Shown here in pieces: positions 1 through 12,425 of a DNA stretch of 64,000 nucleotides. Position 1 is the stretch's first letter; each line of letters opens with the position of its first letter. The stretch spans positions 32,941,967 to 33,005,966 of the forward strand of contig CM120640.1 in assembly GCA_051362555.1 (NCBI GenBank). Direction: 5' to 3'. The stretch is from Lingula anatina. Lineage: Eukaryota > Animalia > Brachiopoda. The notes under the pieces were generated by a model. It searched no databases and was not told the DNA's origin. It was given only the letters and a program-made list of their open reading frames with translations. Position numbers and translations under genes: made by a program.

Positions 1-1837
1 GTGGAACTTATTCAAATGATCAGGGAAGAATTGCTCAAAGTCTTAAAGATAATCATTACAGGAGTAAATCAGCTGATATTCCACATCTGTCATCAGCTGT
101 GCACAAGAAGGTGGCACTGCGCTTGGACTTGATGGCAAGAAACACGGTGTCGGATGAGATGGTTTCTGTTGCAACAGAGGCCAGACAATCAATTGTAAAC
201 ATAAGAGGCACCAGTCATCAAGGTCAGTTTCGTAAAAGATTTTTTTGAAAGTGAAAAGATTTCTTTTCTTAGTCCTTTATGGGGGAATTTTGCAACTTAT
301 GGAAATAGAATAACAAATTTACTAACTTCAATTTCTATTTGTGAAATAATATGATTTATAGTTATTTGTAAAAAATAACCTGGAATTTTTAGCATTTTCA
401 TTGGTATGATATAAATTATTTCATACTTCAGGAAGTGGCCATCGTGTAATATCACCAACAGGTACATGCTGTGAAACTCCAATGACTCCACAGACTGCAG
501 TGGCCAAACGTTTAGCACTTTTAGGAGACCAGATTTGCCAAGATCCAGAGTTAAACCGCAGACTGCAGGAAGCCATAGATACCATACTCACCTATCCATC
601 TGAAACCCTGACTTATGACATATTTCAGAACACGGCATCACATGTGATGGGGCAGCAAATGCCAGGAACTACACAGGTGAGGGGAATTATGGAATATAAT
701 AGCAAATAGAATTTAAGTATTTAAAGCCATATTATATTAATTTTTTGTTCAGTTTAGGCATGTTTGAGATTTTTTTAAAAAAATTGATGTACATATAGGC
801 AAAGTGCAACACAAAAAAATATTTTGACAAGTATTTCCAAAGCAATATTTAAAAAACAAGACAAGGCCAATTGCAGCAGCTGGGACTGTCAGGACACTTG
901 CTGGAGTGGAACTACACTATCAGTGAATTCAATTGCACTATGATAAAGTGGGGCAAAATGTATCTCTAAGACAATTACCCTTGTGTTGTTTGTAGGTGGC
1001 CCTTTTATTGCGCTTCACCAAACTGGCAGCAGTGGGCTTGACAAAATCTGGTACCTCAGGCATTGGCAGGCTGACAGAATATGCTACTAAACTGATAGCT
1101 GACAGGACTGCAGACTTTATTCTGCAAAATGGAGGATGGGTAAGTGTTTATGAAAAACTTCAATGGTCTGTTTATATACTCCATGTGATGTCCTACAGGA
1201 AAAACATCTGGTTAAAATATACATCTCATCATGGTTTTAGCTAAACCCACAAATACCAGATGATTCATGAAGTTATAAAAAAAAAACACCAACTATATAT
1301 TCTAACTGATACTATTGCAATTTATTCATTTTAAAGGAAAAAGGGAATTAAGATTTGATGAGACAAAAGTCATTTTGAATATTATTTTCTTTGAAGGACG
1401 CAGTTGCGAATGTTGATCCAGATCACATTGACACCAACCCCCTCTTCAGTTCTTCCGACATCAGTCTCCCCGGTGCCCTGTCTCCATTAGAAGTACAGCT
1501 GCCACCTGTTCAGGAAGATGATACTGTAGTCCCAGAGGCTACTGCAAAGGATCAGTCTGATGCACCTGACAGTGGAGGAGAACCTCGAGCTGATGAATCA
1601 ACTGCTGAATCAGAGAAAACCCCTGTTGAACAGTTTGTCTTGAGGAAAAGGGAAAGATCGTTTTCGAGAGAAAGGTCTGATGAATCGGTATTTGCAAATG
1701 AGGATGAAGATGGCACTAGTGATTTTGACTCAGATAGGTTTAGTTACTATACTACGATGGCTATTTATTCAGCGGGTGCAGCAGCAATTGCTGTACTGAC
1801 TCTTGGAGTCTGTATCTTGCTGCTTCGAAAACGCTGA
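1..1837 (+). CDS. Bcl-2 family protein, Bcl-rambo/BCL2L13-like architecture (5'-truncated by the window)
   Basis: Exons <1-222, 432-676, 996-1139, 1397-1837 join in frame (phases 1,0,0; GT-AG). The protein has a BH3-like helix VHKKVALRLDLMAR, a canonical BH3 VAKRLALLGDQI and a degenerate BH1 (GTTQVALLLRF, no NWGR). BH2 ADFILQNGGW|D carries the family-typical intron after GGW. A ~115-aa acidic low-complexity linker follows, then a C-terminal TM (MAIYSAGAAAIAVLTLGVCILLL-RKR). A long linker between BH2 and TM is the BCL2L13 layout. Confidence 0.85.
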
Positions 1838-4298
1838 ACGAAATGAAAATTTTAACACAGGATTACCAGCATAACATCGTATCAAAGCTTTTCCAACAAT
1901 TAAGACTAAGACAATTTAAATAGGCAGATTATCACCTTTTATAAAGCATTTTAATGGACATCATAAGGCATTACTATAGGACTGGCAGCATTTTTTTTTT
2001 CAACTATATCAGTTATATATAGTGTTTCTCATATGGTCATCAAAACATTCCATAAAAGAAGTTTAACAATTTATTATTTTCAATACATTATAAATGTTGA
2101 TAAGCGTATTTGATATTTCAGCAGTAGGACTTTTTAATATTTTAATCACATGCAAAATACTCTCTGGTTGTGCAACAATTATATGTGTTTTGCATGTAAT
2201 GGTTGTTATGTAACTTTTTTATTGATAAGATCTTAATAACATTACATACAGTATACACGTATATAGGTATGAATTTGATAAAAATCATATTTTAATATGA
2301 AAGGCCTTAAAAGTGTTCACATGAAATAATCGATTGGCACATTTGCCAAATTTGAAGCATCAACTTTAGTTTAAATGACTGTATTTGTGATTGTGTCATA
2401 AAAAAGAAAATTGTATACATGTAATAAAATTCATGGATAAAAGTAAAATGAATTTTCATTTACAGAACTGATTGCTTCTCATCCCATCCAACAGCAGTTA
2501 ACTATGTCAAGGAGAAAGACTGTAAAGCTAGGGTTTAATGTTTACTTAAAAATCCACTTTAAGAAGTGAATTGAATTCATAAAATTGTCCATTCAAGGAA
2601 TCACTTACTCCATCCTGCGACTTAACATTTTTTAATGAAATCAAAATAATCGGCAATGATTAAAGAGCATTGTGTCTAAAACCCGTATTGTATGGAGAAT
2701 GTGACCAGTTTTAAAATTTACAACATATACAAATAAGCTGGGTCAGGAAGCTCAGGATTAATTTAGATTGATGATTGCCAGATGCATAAATTCTCAACAA
2801 TTAATTCACATAATTACAGGATTTTAATCATTTTAATTACAAAGAGAGGTAAAAATTGGATGTTTTGCTTCAACATGGCTTATCAAAAATCTCCAGTACC
2901 TGTGGTTGTATTTTCATTGATACGAGAGGAAATAAGATGGAGGATACAATAAAAATTGAATTTGACTGACCAACAAGAGGTCTAGAAAAGTGTAACTGGG
3001 ACATTATCAAAAACCTGAATAACATTACTCATTTCACTTCATTTTATTAAACAAATATGTCATTATTACAAAATTGTATTGCTTATAAAGATTGTATCAC
3101 AACCAACACAGAACTGGTTTCCGGCATCCAAACTCAGAATTGAACCCTCCTCTAAACCAGAAAAGGTTTACATGTATACTGGGTAGAGGAGAGTCGCCAC
3201 TCTGATAATAAGGATGCTGGCAGGTTTCTGGACAGGTTTCCAAGTGCACTTCAAAGGTTTTATAGACTTGTAAGTTACTTAATTTGACAATGGAAGATAT
3301 CCTAAGGAAAGTGATACTACAGATGCATAGATTTTGTGCCATTTTGATGATGGCTTTCAAAGGTATGGAAAACGAACAATAAATATTTCTTCTGAGAAGC
3401 AACAAATTCACTTTTGAAAAAGCCAGTCTAAGAATTGGAAACAAAATGTTTATATGGCAATGTTTTAAAAACTTCATAGCCAATAACCACAATCTTGAGA
3501 CACTGAAATATTTACATCATATAATTCAACACACACAAGACAAAACACTATACTTGTAACATTTCTAAATCACAAGCTTATTAAATCTTAGCAATATTAT
3601 GCTTAATCTCTTTCTATAACTTGCCCTTTTCATCTCATCAAACCAATGGTTTAAAATTAGCCATTACCTTTTTTAGTAATGCAAGTAATTCACCCTCACT
3701 TAAATCAGTCAAATATAAATTAAAGGACATTAGTTACACCTGAGAAAAATTTAACAATAAAATTAACATTAGTAAATAAAAATTAAAACTTTTTAACACA
3801 ATCAATGTAAAATACTTCGTCTTTTCAGATATATATAGATCAAAATAAATATCCAGACACATAGTGTCTGTCCATAAAGACCATAATCTCTCTGATGTAC
3901 TGGGCTATTATTTAGTAATCAGTGAGTAATTTTTGTGCTTCAAAGTCATTTACTAGAAATGACAACAAATTGCCTTTGTTTTTTGGGTTGTCCAGCTTTG
4001 GACCACCTCAATCATGTGTGCAATTCTTATCGTTGTTCAACTTCAACTCCACAGCACTTTTCATCTGCGATGACTGTAATCACCTGTGATAACCCTTGTT
4101 TAACTTGAAGAGCTCTATTCAGTACTTTACTTTCAGTTTGCCTTTCATAAAAAAACTCCTTTACATCTTTCCTAATACTGACTGATATCACGTATAATGC
4201 TCTTCATCAGGCTTATTCGGACAACTAGGCCTTCAACAATCTGTGGTCTGCCTTGACTCAGGCTTTGACTAAGGAACCAGAAAAAGCATCTCCTTTGC

Positions 4299-7200
4299 TC
4301 AGTCTAACTCTGAATCTGTTTCTTCCATTACAGAGTCCTGAAAAACATAATGTACACCAGTCAGTAAATGATGTTATAATTCCATCTAATTATTTATTCA
4401 TTTTTCATTATTCCTTCATCCTTTGTTTCATTTCCTCGATGCTATGACATAGGCACATATTCTCTTTTTCAATCAATTGATGTAGCAATGAAACAAGTTA
4501 CTGACAAAGCATAGTACTTATTCATTTTTAAAAATCATCCAGGATACAACCAAATGCTTCTGATCCTACTTCAATTCCTCATAAAAAAATACCTACCCAT
4601 CCTCCTTTGTCCACAAGCCAACCTGCAAATTTGTCCGTAAAGTAAGCCAAAGACATCTCCTTAATCTGAAGAGCCATTGCTCCACCAGCTCCAACAGCAT
4701 TCACTGCAGCTTTTGTGATTTGAAACAGAAGAGCAATTTGCTGAACCTCTGGCTTAGAACCTATGTACCCTGTCAGAGTCTGTTTGAATGAATTATAGGA
4801 GGCATGTTGGATTATTTCTGCTACAGTGGAAGAGAAGGCCTGTGTAGTGGCATAAGACATCTGAAAAATTAAGAAAAATCATTTCATTATCTATTATGTG
4901 CTACTGGGTAGTATGACTTAAATTTTACAGAAACAGTGACACTCTATCATTCTTTTTGGACACAGTTTATTAATGTAATATTTGCACTCAGTGACACTGT
5001 GAGTCACTTTCTTGTCTTCCTCCATAATGACTTCTGAAACTGCTACCTGTTCAGAGTCATGTACTGCATTACAGCACATTATTACTGGCAATTTTCTTAG
5101 AAGTTCCATTTTTGTCAAATAAACAGAAACTGCAATTTTCTTTTTAAAATTTTACTTGTTGACAGCACTTATTTTCAGGACATCTGATTGGTTTTGTTGA
5201 CATTAATAGCATAACTTACTTGAGCATTGATTCTGTCTCCATGACACTTTAAGCACTGGCCCAGGTGAAGTTCCAGTGAGGATGGTTCATGGCTGTGGGG
5301 AGCAGCAGCTGTAGCACCTTCACCAGATCCACCAAATCCTTTATATATAAAGTAATTGCATACATTTATATAGTGCTTTCAATGAAAATGCCACATTTAC
5401 TGGATACTTACTAGTAACTAGAGGATCAGAGAGGCGATACCGCCTCCTGATATTGTACCACCAGCTGGGGTAAGCGCATTTGTATGGGAAAGAAAAAGAA
5501 AGTGGGGCCCCACCTGTATGGTTGTGGGTGACAAGCTGCAGGAAATGTAGTAAACAAGGTGTTTTTTTTTGTTTTTTTTTTGTTTTTTTTTTCAGTTTTG
5601 GCATCTAATGGCTGCTTTTCCCATGAAAATGCATCGATTGACCCCGAACTTCCACACATTAAAGCAGTCTGCAATTGTAACCCCTCAGTATAATATGAGA
5701 GGTAAGGTCTGCTTAGTTTCTGAACATTGGCACAAACAAATATCTTTTTGCAGAAATTCCCTTTTTTGCGATCTAGGAGGATAATTGGTAATGGTGCCTT
5801 TTATCCCACGCCACCCTGCGGAGCCGTACGATATGGGTTGGTACTAAAACCACGAATATTACACACTGGTGGTACTAACTATGGCCATATCTTTGCCAGT
5901 TTTGAAAGTATAAGCACTGAAAAAAGTTGCAATGTTCAGTCCATGGTGAAAAGTAGGTCAAAGGTCAATTTCAAGGTCACAGTTAAATTGCCAGTATATG
6001 ACTTCCTATTCAACTTCAATAGTAACTATTGACCCAACTCTCCTAGTTTTGGGGATATAAGAGACTAAAATTTTTCAAACTTCAGTTAATGGTGAAAAGT
6101 AGGAATGTACTTTTTGATACAGCATAACTCGTGAACCGTATGGAAAACAAAAAAACGGAGACCACTTCCAGTGTTGGGCTTGACATGCTCTATCAAATGC
6201 AAAAAACAAGAGGTCTCTAGCATTAACGACTCCAGAATTAGAGAGAGTTTTATGTTTCAGCATCTAATGGCCGCTGCTCCCGTGAAAATGCATCGATTGA
6301 CTCGAAACTCACAGAGATGAAAGATAACCTGAAGGGTAACAACTACCAAAAATATTAGAGGTTAGGTCTGCTTAGTTTCTGAATATCAGCACAAATAATT
6401 TTTTTTTCGTAAAAAATTCCCTTTTTTTGAAAATTTTGGCCTGTTTGACCTTGAAATAAAGGTCAAAGGTCAAATCCAAGGGCATATTTGGAATCCTCAT
6501 ATGTGACTTTCGGTCAGACTTCTATATTAATTTTTCCCATAATTCCTTCAGTTTGGGAGATATATAGCATTGAATTTTCAAAAATTTTGACAAGGGTGCA
6601 TTTCAACGAGCGTCATGCCCAGGCAATTGCACCGATCGAGACAAAAAAACCAGGGGTTCAAGTTGAGATTATATGTGACCTAAATCCAAGAGATGGGGAC
6701 ACAGGCCCATGCAGTCTAGGAGGAGAAGCGGTAACGGTGACTTGTATCCCACGCCACCCTGCGGAGCCGGCGGAGCTCACGGAGCCGGCGGAGCTTACGG
6801 AGCCGGCGGAGCCGTACGATACGGGTCGGGACTAAAACCATGAGTACCGCCAGCGTACACGCTGGTGGTACTAATAAGTAGCATAACTCTTTTTTAAACG
6901 TGTTAATTTTCAATATGTTCTAAATCTTTTTTTTTTTTTTACTAATTCAAAGTCATGCCAGGTGTTTATTTTTCACAAAAGAAATAAAAATTTACCAGTG
7001 AATTTCTCTCATACAAGTTTTTTGTACATGTCTTACAAAAATTCTGTTGCAATATCTTCAATAACTCACCTGAATCCACTCTATCCCTTGGAGACTCTTT
7101 ATCAGACTGAGTACTTTCTGATTCCACAAAGCTGTCTGCAATGGCTGCAAGCTTTTGTGCAATTTTTTCATACATTTCTTCTTTCTGCTCATGCGTTCGG

Positions 7201-10200
7201 TCATGGTGAGCAGTTCCATCATCAGAAACTGAAAATAAAATGGATTTGAAAATTAACCATTGGTTTTCCCTCAACAATGAAATATCCTACCAGTTGAATA
7301 TCTGGGTATACTTTTTATAAAATAGATATTATTTTAAAAATCCTCAAATACCTTGAACTGTGAGATAATCCCTTGCCATTGTAATGGTTTGAAATAGAAT
7401 ATACCCTCTATGCCTTCTGTTAATACTACAGATAAAATGTATTCCTCTCTGATGATACAATTATAATTAAGTGATGTTTTGTTTTCTATCTCCTTTATAA
7501 GACTAAAGTAACTTCCCTCCATCGCTGGCATATATATATACACCAGGCGATGTGCCACTTTACAGGTCAGAGGTAGGGACGGCTGACATCACCAAACTTC
7601 CACAGACAGTAAGTTTGTTTACTCATATATTTCTTTGAAAGACAGTTATCTGCACCAGGCGCTCAGAAGCACTTGGTGCTTGGGATGTATCGAGACTGAC
7701 ACATTGTGGTTGTCTGTGAACCCGATCCCCAACAATAACGATACTGACGGGAAGATATATACGTATTTAATGTAATAATCGAAAGTCTTCTTTAATAATT
7801 AGATCAGGGGATTTGAATCTAAATCGCCACTTTGTTTGCCAACAAAAGAGAAATATCTAGTCTCCAGTGGTTATAAGAATAGCAATAGGTACATAAATTC
7901 TAGTCCATAGCCCCAAACATTGTTTTCAATAGGAACATGCTGAACAGGAACTGAGGAATTTGTATTCCCTGAATATCTACCAAGAAGTAGGGTTATGGGT
8001 TAATTACATTACCTAGAGTTCATCAACCACACCAAAGGAAGTGGTTGGAGATTCCAAGACGTTTAGTTTTACTCAATTCCAAATACTAGTTTAAAAGAAA
8101 AGTCTCCGTAATGCATTATTTTTTTTTAAATACTAGAGCCCTCAATATGTGGAAAAACTGCAGGCACTATGAGCTGCTTTCTACATTTTCAGTTATCACT
8201 TGGTAACTTAAACAGACAACAAGACTATGGGGTATGCTAAGGACTCGCATTTATTTCCCAGGGATGCTCAAAATGATAGACACCCATACTTAAGATACCT
8301 ACGTGGGGGTACTAATTTCCCCCATTAGTTACCCATAAGTGAAACCAATATGCATGGACATAAATCTTCCTCCCTTGAACCTATACTGTAAGTCTTATTC
8401 CCATGAACATATTGTTACTTATTTTCATAGACAACCATGGTGAAATCAGTGAAACCCCTTTCCTTGGACATGTCACATTGGTTCTGCTTTTTTAAGTCTC
8501 TAACAAATAGATATTTTCAAACACTGGTAAAAAATTTGTTTGTTTGTTTTTCGTTTTGTTGTTTGTTTCTTCTTTAATACATATACCATCATTTTGCTTG
8601 CTGCATATGCAGTTCTCTTATGTCTTACTTTAAAGAGTTAAAAATACAATTCATATCATCAACCTTTTTTCAAAAATGTCACTTGCCTTAACAAGAGACA
8701 TCCAGATAAATGCTAACAAAAGCACAAGCTCAAAAAATACAGGGCCTCTAGTAACAGGTGTGCCTGCAACCTAACCAGCATGTGTTTTTGACACTTCACC
8801 TTAAGACAATACATCACCCCATGTGCACCTGTAAGTACCTGCAAGAGTGATTGGGTGTGATGATTCATTATTCATGTACTGTACAGTCCTGTTCTATAAC
8901 ATATAATTCCTGGGATTTCAAGTGAAGGCAACCTACGGAGGAGCTCAAATTAAGATGAATGAGAATGACATAAAACGCTGACTTAACATTGATACCATAT
9001 GATAAAAATATCTCAGTATTTTTTTTTTTGATAGTGGAATACATAAAATATCCTGTTAACTTGTAAGAAAGCAAAATGATGGATATTTTTGTGATTTAAA
9101 TTTGGAGTGTTTTTTTACTGTTCATTTAATCGTAAGGTTATGAAATATCCATTCTTTCCTTCTAAACCTCTCTCAATATTGATATAATTCACATGTTCAT
9201 TCTATAATTGCTTGATACTGTGCAAATAACACAAATATTATTTGGGAAAATATCTTTGGAAACTGAACTAAATGCCCTCCATGCACAGCAATTAATTAAG
9301 TTCAGGTCAATCATTAATAACAATTCCTGTCAGATTGGACTGGGTTTCTGAACCATGTACTTGGCCATTGCATATTGCCAAGAATGGGGTCATGCCTCAC
9401 ATTAGCAGTGCTTAACATAAGAAAAGGAGCTGGTCTCTCTGGAAAGCACCTGTTTGGTTGGCAGGAGAGGGAAACAATCAGGAAGTGAAGTGTTGCAGAT
9501 ATTATTAATTGAGAAAGACAACAAGGCCGTGTCTGAAAACTGATTAATGCTTTCAGTGAACATCTGCTGATTCTAAATTTTAGGACTACATGCTCTGGGT
9601 ATGGGGTTTCACCTTATGACTTCCTATTATGATCATTCCTTTGTTTTTACAGTGATTCACCTAAGCACTCATTAAAAGGGATTATCATAACATCTCATTT
9701 CCAACCAAAGTTTTACAGATCATAGGTATTTCTCATGAGGGTTACCTTGAAACACAGCCTTAATCAACTAATACCAGGCCAGAAAAAGAGGTGTAAGGAG
9801 CTTACAGATCTTTTATACCTTCTTGATGTTAAATAAGTAGTAAGTGCAAAAGAAAAGGCAGAGATTGTTATTACCGTATGTAACAGTCAGCTGAACAATA
9901 CTTTGCGGTCAAAACAACTGAGGAAACATAGGGTTAAACAATAAAAACTTAAAATTAACAGGGGAATTTGGTTGACAGGCTTAACAAAATTTCTTACATC
10001 TTTAAGACAACAGTAGGTTGCAAAAGCATATGAACTTCTGGTGATACTTACTTCCTGGAGTTACCAAGCCATCTTCGACAACACTACTCTGCAAGGTAAG
10101 ATGATGACGCTGACATTTGTGACTGACAATATTCTCCACTGTTCCATCAGGGTGGCGGACTTTTCTCTCTGTAGTATCACAATCAATTTCAACCTCACAG

Positions 10201-12425
10201 TTTTCATACTGAGAACAGGGCCTGTGACACGCCAGACCGTGAAGTTGAAGTTGACTGCGATCTGCAGGAGGGCCCATTGGAGAGATGGGCATTGTTGACC
10301 CCTGAGAGGAATCAATGCCCATCTGAGACATGGTCAGTCCGTCCACATCATCCAGACTGTCCTGGCGCTCAAGCACTTGCTGAAACACCCTGGTCACTTT
10401 GCGTTTGTCACTTCCATCAACTTCTACATTGGATGCCACGTATGGTAAGTTATGGAATACAGCAACAGCAGCACTGTTGGACGGAGTCTGAGGAGTAGTG
10501 CCACTACTTGATTTTTTCCTTTTTTCAGCTGTAAAAAAACATTTTTAATTAAAACATTTTTCTTTTTTCATGAAAGCTTTAATCAAAGATTAATCAAACT
10601 ATCATCATGTATTAATAAGTCAATAATTAAACTGGCTTCCAGTATTAACTCCTTATTTATCTATTTTACTGATTACTCAAGTATTCCATTTACTAAAGTA
10701 TTTCATAATATACACCCGTTTTAAAAATGAGAGGCTAGATAAGAGTCCAGTAGCAATCCCATGACTCCAATACATAAATTTAGAAATTGTGTTTCCTATG
10801 ATTTTTTATGGTTCCATAGGGATATGGCCCAAGTATGTATCTACTACATGAAATCAAAGGGAACCTTTCTCAATGGCAACCGTTTGCCATCTTGTTAAAA
10901 TGCATTGTTTAGAATGTGATTCTGACTTTCATGCTTGGGGATCTAAACCAAAATTACTAGTACCCTGCAATATTTTAAACAAGTTCTAGTGAAAAATAAT
11001 ATTTCTGCTGCTGGCCATTAAAATCCAAACGGTAAAGGGATATCTATAAACAAGTTTCAAGTGCAAAAATGGGCTGAAACGGAGGCATGAACCAACATCA
11101 AGGGTTTTTCTATGCAAGGGTGTTTATCTTTCAACTGCTAAAAGTTCCCAAAGAGGCTGCCATGTACTAAATTTGTTCTGTGACTGACCCAATGGGACCT
11201 TGAATAAAAAGACACTCCACAGGAAACAATTTCTAGGTTCCAAAAAAATTACCTGACCTATAAGAAATAATGACAACTACTTCTTTCTCTCATACTGATT
11301 TGGAAACTTACATTTGGAAAATTTTCTCTTCAGTGATGAACTACTTTTTTTCATCTGCTTTAAGACATTGTCAAAGGCTCCACTACTTTCTTTCACTTTG
11401 CTAGTCTTTTCTTTATGCATCTTGGTGCCATGTTCCATATCATTGACATCAGTAACTTGCTGGGTATTCTCAGTGCGTAGAATGACTCCACTGCTCAAAC
11501 TACCAGACTTGTTGGTTAGCTGGGACTGACTTGACGGTGTCAATTCTTGGTGGTAATGTGTTTTTGTGTGAGTATGTTTTTCTGATAAGATGTCATCCTT
11601 GTCTAATAATTCAAAAGAGCTTAAAGTGGATCGTGATTTTAAGCTATCCAGGGTCGAACCCAAGTCTACAGCTTGACTTGACTTCACGCTGTCTACGCTG
11701 TCCCGTTTTCTCAGGCTCCATCTTGAACTTTTCTTTGGTTTATTTTTCTTCTCTTTTTTTGCTTTGTTCTTTTCTATTCTCTCGGCATTTAATTCAACAC
11801 GTGAAATTTCTGCTGATTTAGAAAGCTCTTTGTTTTTGAAATTATCCTTCTTTTTTCTGCGAAATGTTTCTCGTAATCTTTCTGTAGCTCGTTTAAAGGG
11901 ACTTTTCTTTTTCTTCTTGCTGGCAACAGAAGTAGCATCAGATGTCTCACTGCTCGATTCAAAATCAGTGTCTTTCCTTGGTGAGGGAGATGTGCTTTTC
12001 TGCTCGTGTGTTGATGTTGCTGTTAACCTTTGCATGCTTGTGTGGTCATTTGCTAATATATCCAAGTCCATCTCAATGCTAGAACCTCGAGAATTTCTTA
12101 TTTTTTCCCTTAAGTTGGCATTAAAATCTGAAGATGACACAGTGTGTGCTTTGCGTACAGGAGGGCGATATTTGTAAGTTCCATTTTCAATATCATCAAT
12201 AACCTGATCCTCTGAGGCTAAACAGTAACTCTGCCTTTTCCACTGCTGTCTCTCTTCTTCACGGACTTCAACTTCAATTATTTTCTGTTTCATTGGTGTT
12301 GGTGGAGCACTTGTGCGCAGGTTGCGTTGCAGCATATGCTCCAGCACACGCCGTGCTTCCTCTGTCACCAGAGGGATACTGGTAGACCTTCCAGCTCCCA
12401 TACCAGGACGAGTCTTGGTACTCAT
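4299..12425 (-). CDS. Large soluble Bcl-2 family protein, Bcl-G (BCL2L14)/BCL2L12/BID-like, 723 aa
   Basis: Exons 12425-11312, 10528-10052, 7228-7070, 5338-5220, 4860-4597, 4337-4299 total 2172 nt with all phases compatible. N-terminal BH4-like EARRVLEHML, then a long basic/Ser-rich disordered region. BH3-like MYEKIAQKLAAIADSF and BH3 LGQCLKCHGDRI follow, then SYNSFKQTL, QQIALLFQITK and BH2 AGWLVDKGGW|D. It ends DSVMEETDSELD* with no TM, like Bcl-G's short acidic tail. Confidence 0.85.
5418..6875 (-). mobile_element. Non-autonomous Helitron/Helentron (HINE-like) element, copy 1, with internal partial duplication
   Basis: On the minus strand the 5' end is TTATTAGTACC followed by a palindrome (plus 6844-6871 GTACCGCCAGCGT-AC-ACGCTGGTGGTAC) and a GC-rich 9/18-bp minisatellite (6761-6813). 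TTGACCTT-rich blocks follow. The 3' hairpin GAGGCG-N4-CGCCTC lies ~9 nt before a terminal CTAG at ~5418. Segment 5592-5878 is an internally deleted second copy of 6255-6873. Similar to 16406-17978 and 18690-19335. Confidence 0.7.
6761..6813. repeat. GC-rich minisatellite (CGGAGCCGG/CGGAGCTYA units) inside the Helitron-like element
   Basis: About three 18-bp units built from 9-bp subunits; it produces the PAELTE repeat in ORF 6488..6835. Confidence 0.85.
7352..7379 (-). CDS. Candidate alternative first coding exon (MARDYLTVQ) of the Bcl-G/BID-like gene, giving a ~202-aa short isoform
   Basis: ATG at 7379 has a strong context (ACAATGG). The donor AG|GTATTT at 7351 is phase 1, matching the phase-1 acceptor at 7228 (123-nt intron). 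A TATAAAG box lies on the minus strand at ~7499-7493 with no ATG between it and 7379. Confidence 0.5.

Noticed and set aside
3097-3492. 131-aa minus-strand ORF
   Set aside because: Lies in the 3' UTR of the Bcl-G-like gene, with a non-ATG start, no motifs and no supporting splice sites.
4918-5118. Coding-looking intronic stretch (SEVIMEEDKKVT) in the Bcl-G-like gene
   Set aside because: No convincing phase-0 acceptor/donor pair; flanking exons join cleanly without it.
6761-6813. Regular short repeats that might suggest a CRISPR-like array
   Set aside because: Head-to-tail minisatellite without unique spacers, in eukaryotic DNA with no cas genes.
6488-6835. Similar ORFs at 6488-6835, 16359-16565 and 18732-18974 sharing DLN(P/R)RDG..GPC, suggesting a gene family
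   Set aside because: All lie in copies of the same non-coding Helitron-like repeat, with indels between copies and non-ATG starts.
10236-10262. SQLQLHG as a RHIM-like motif
   Set aside because: Does not match the (I/V)Q(I/V/L)G core.
11314-12177. Plus-strand ORFs over the Bcl-G-like exon, and similar ORFs over kinesin exons
   Set aside because: Antisense shadows of Lys/Glu-rich coding exons.
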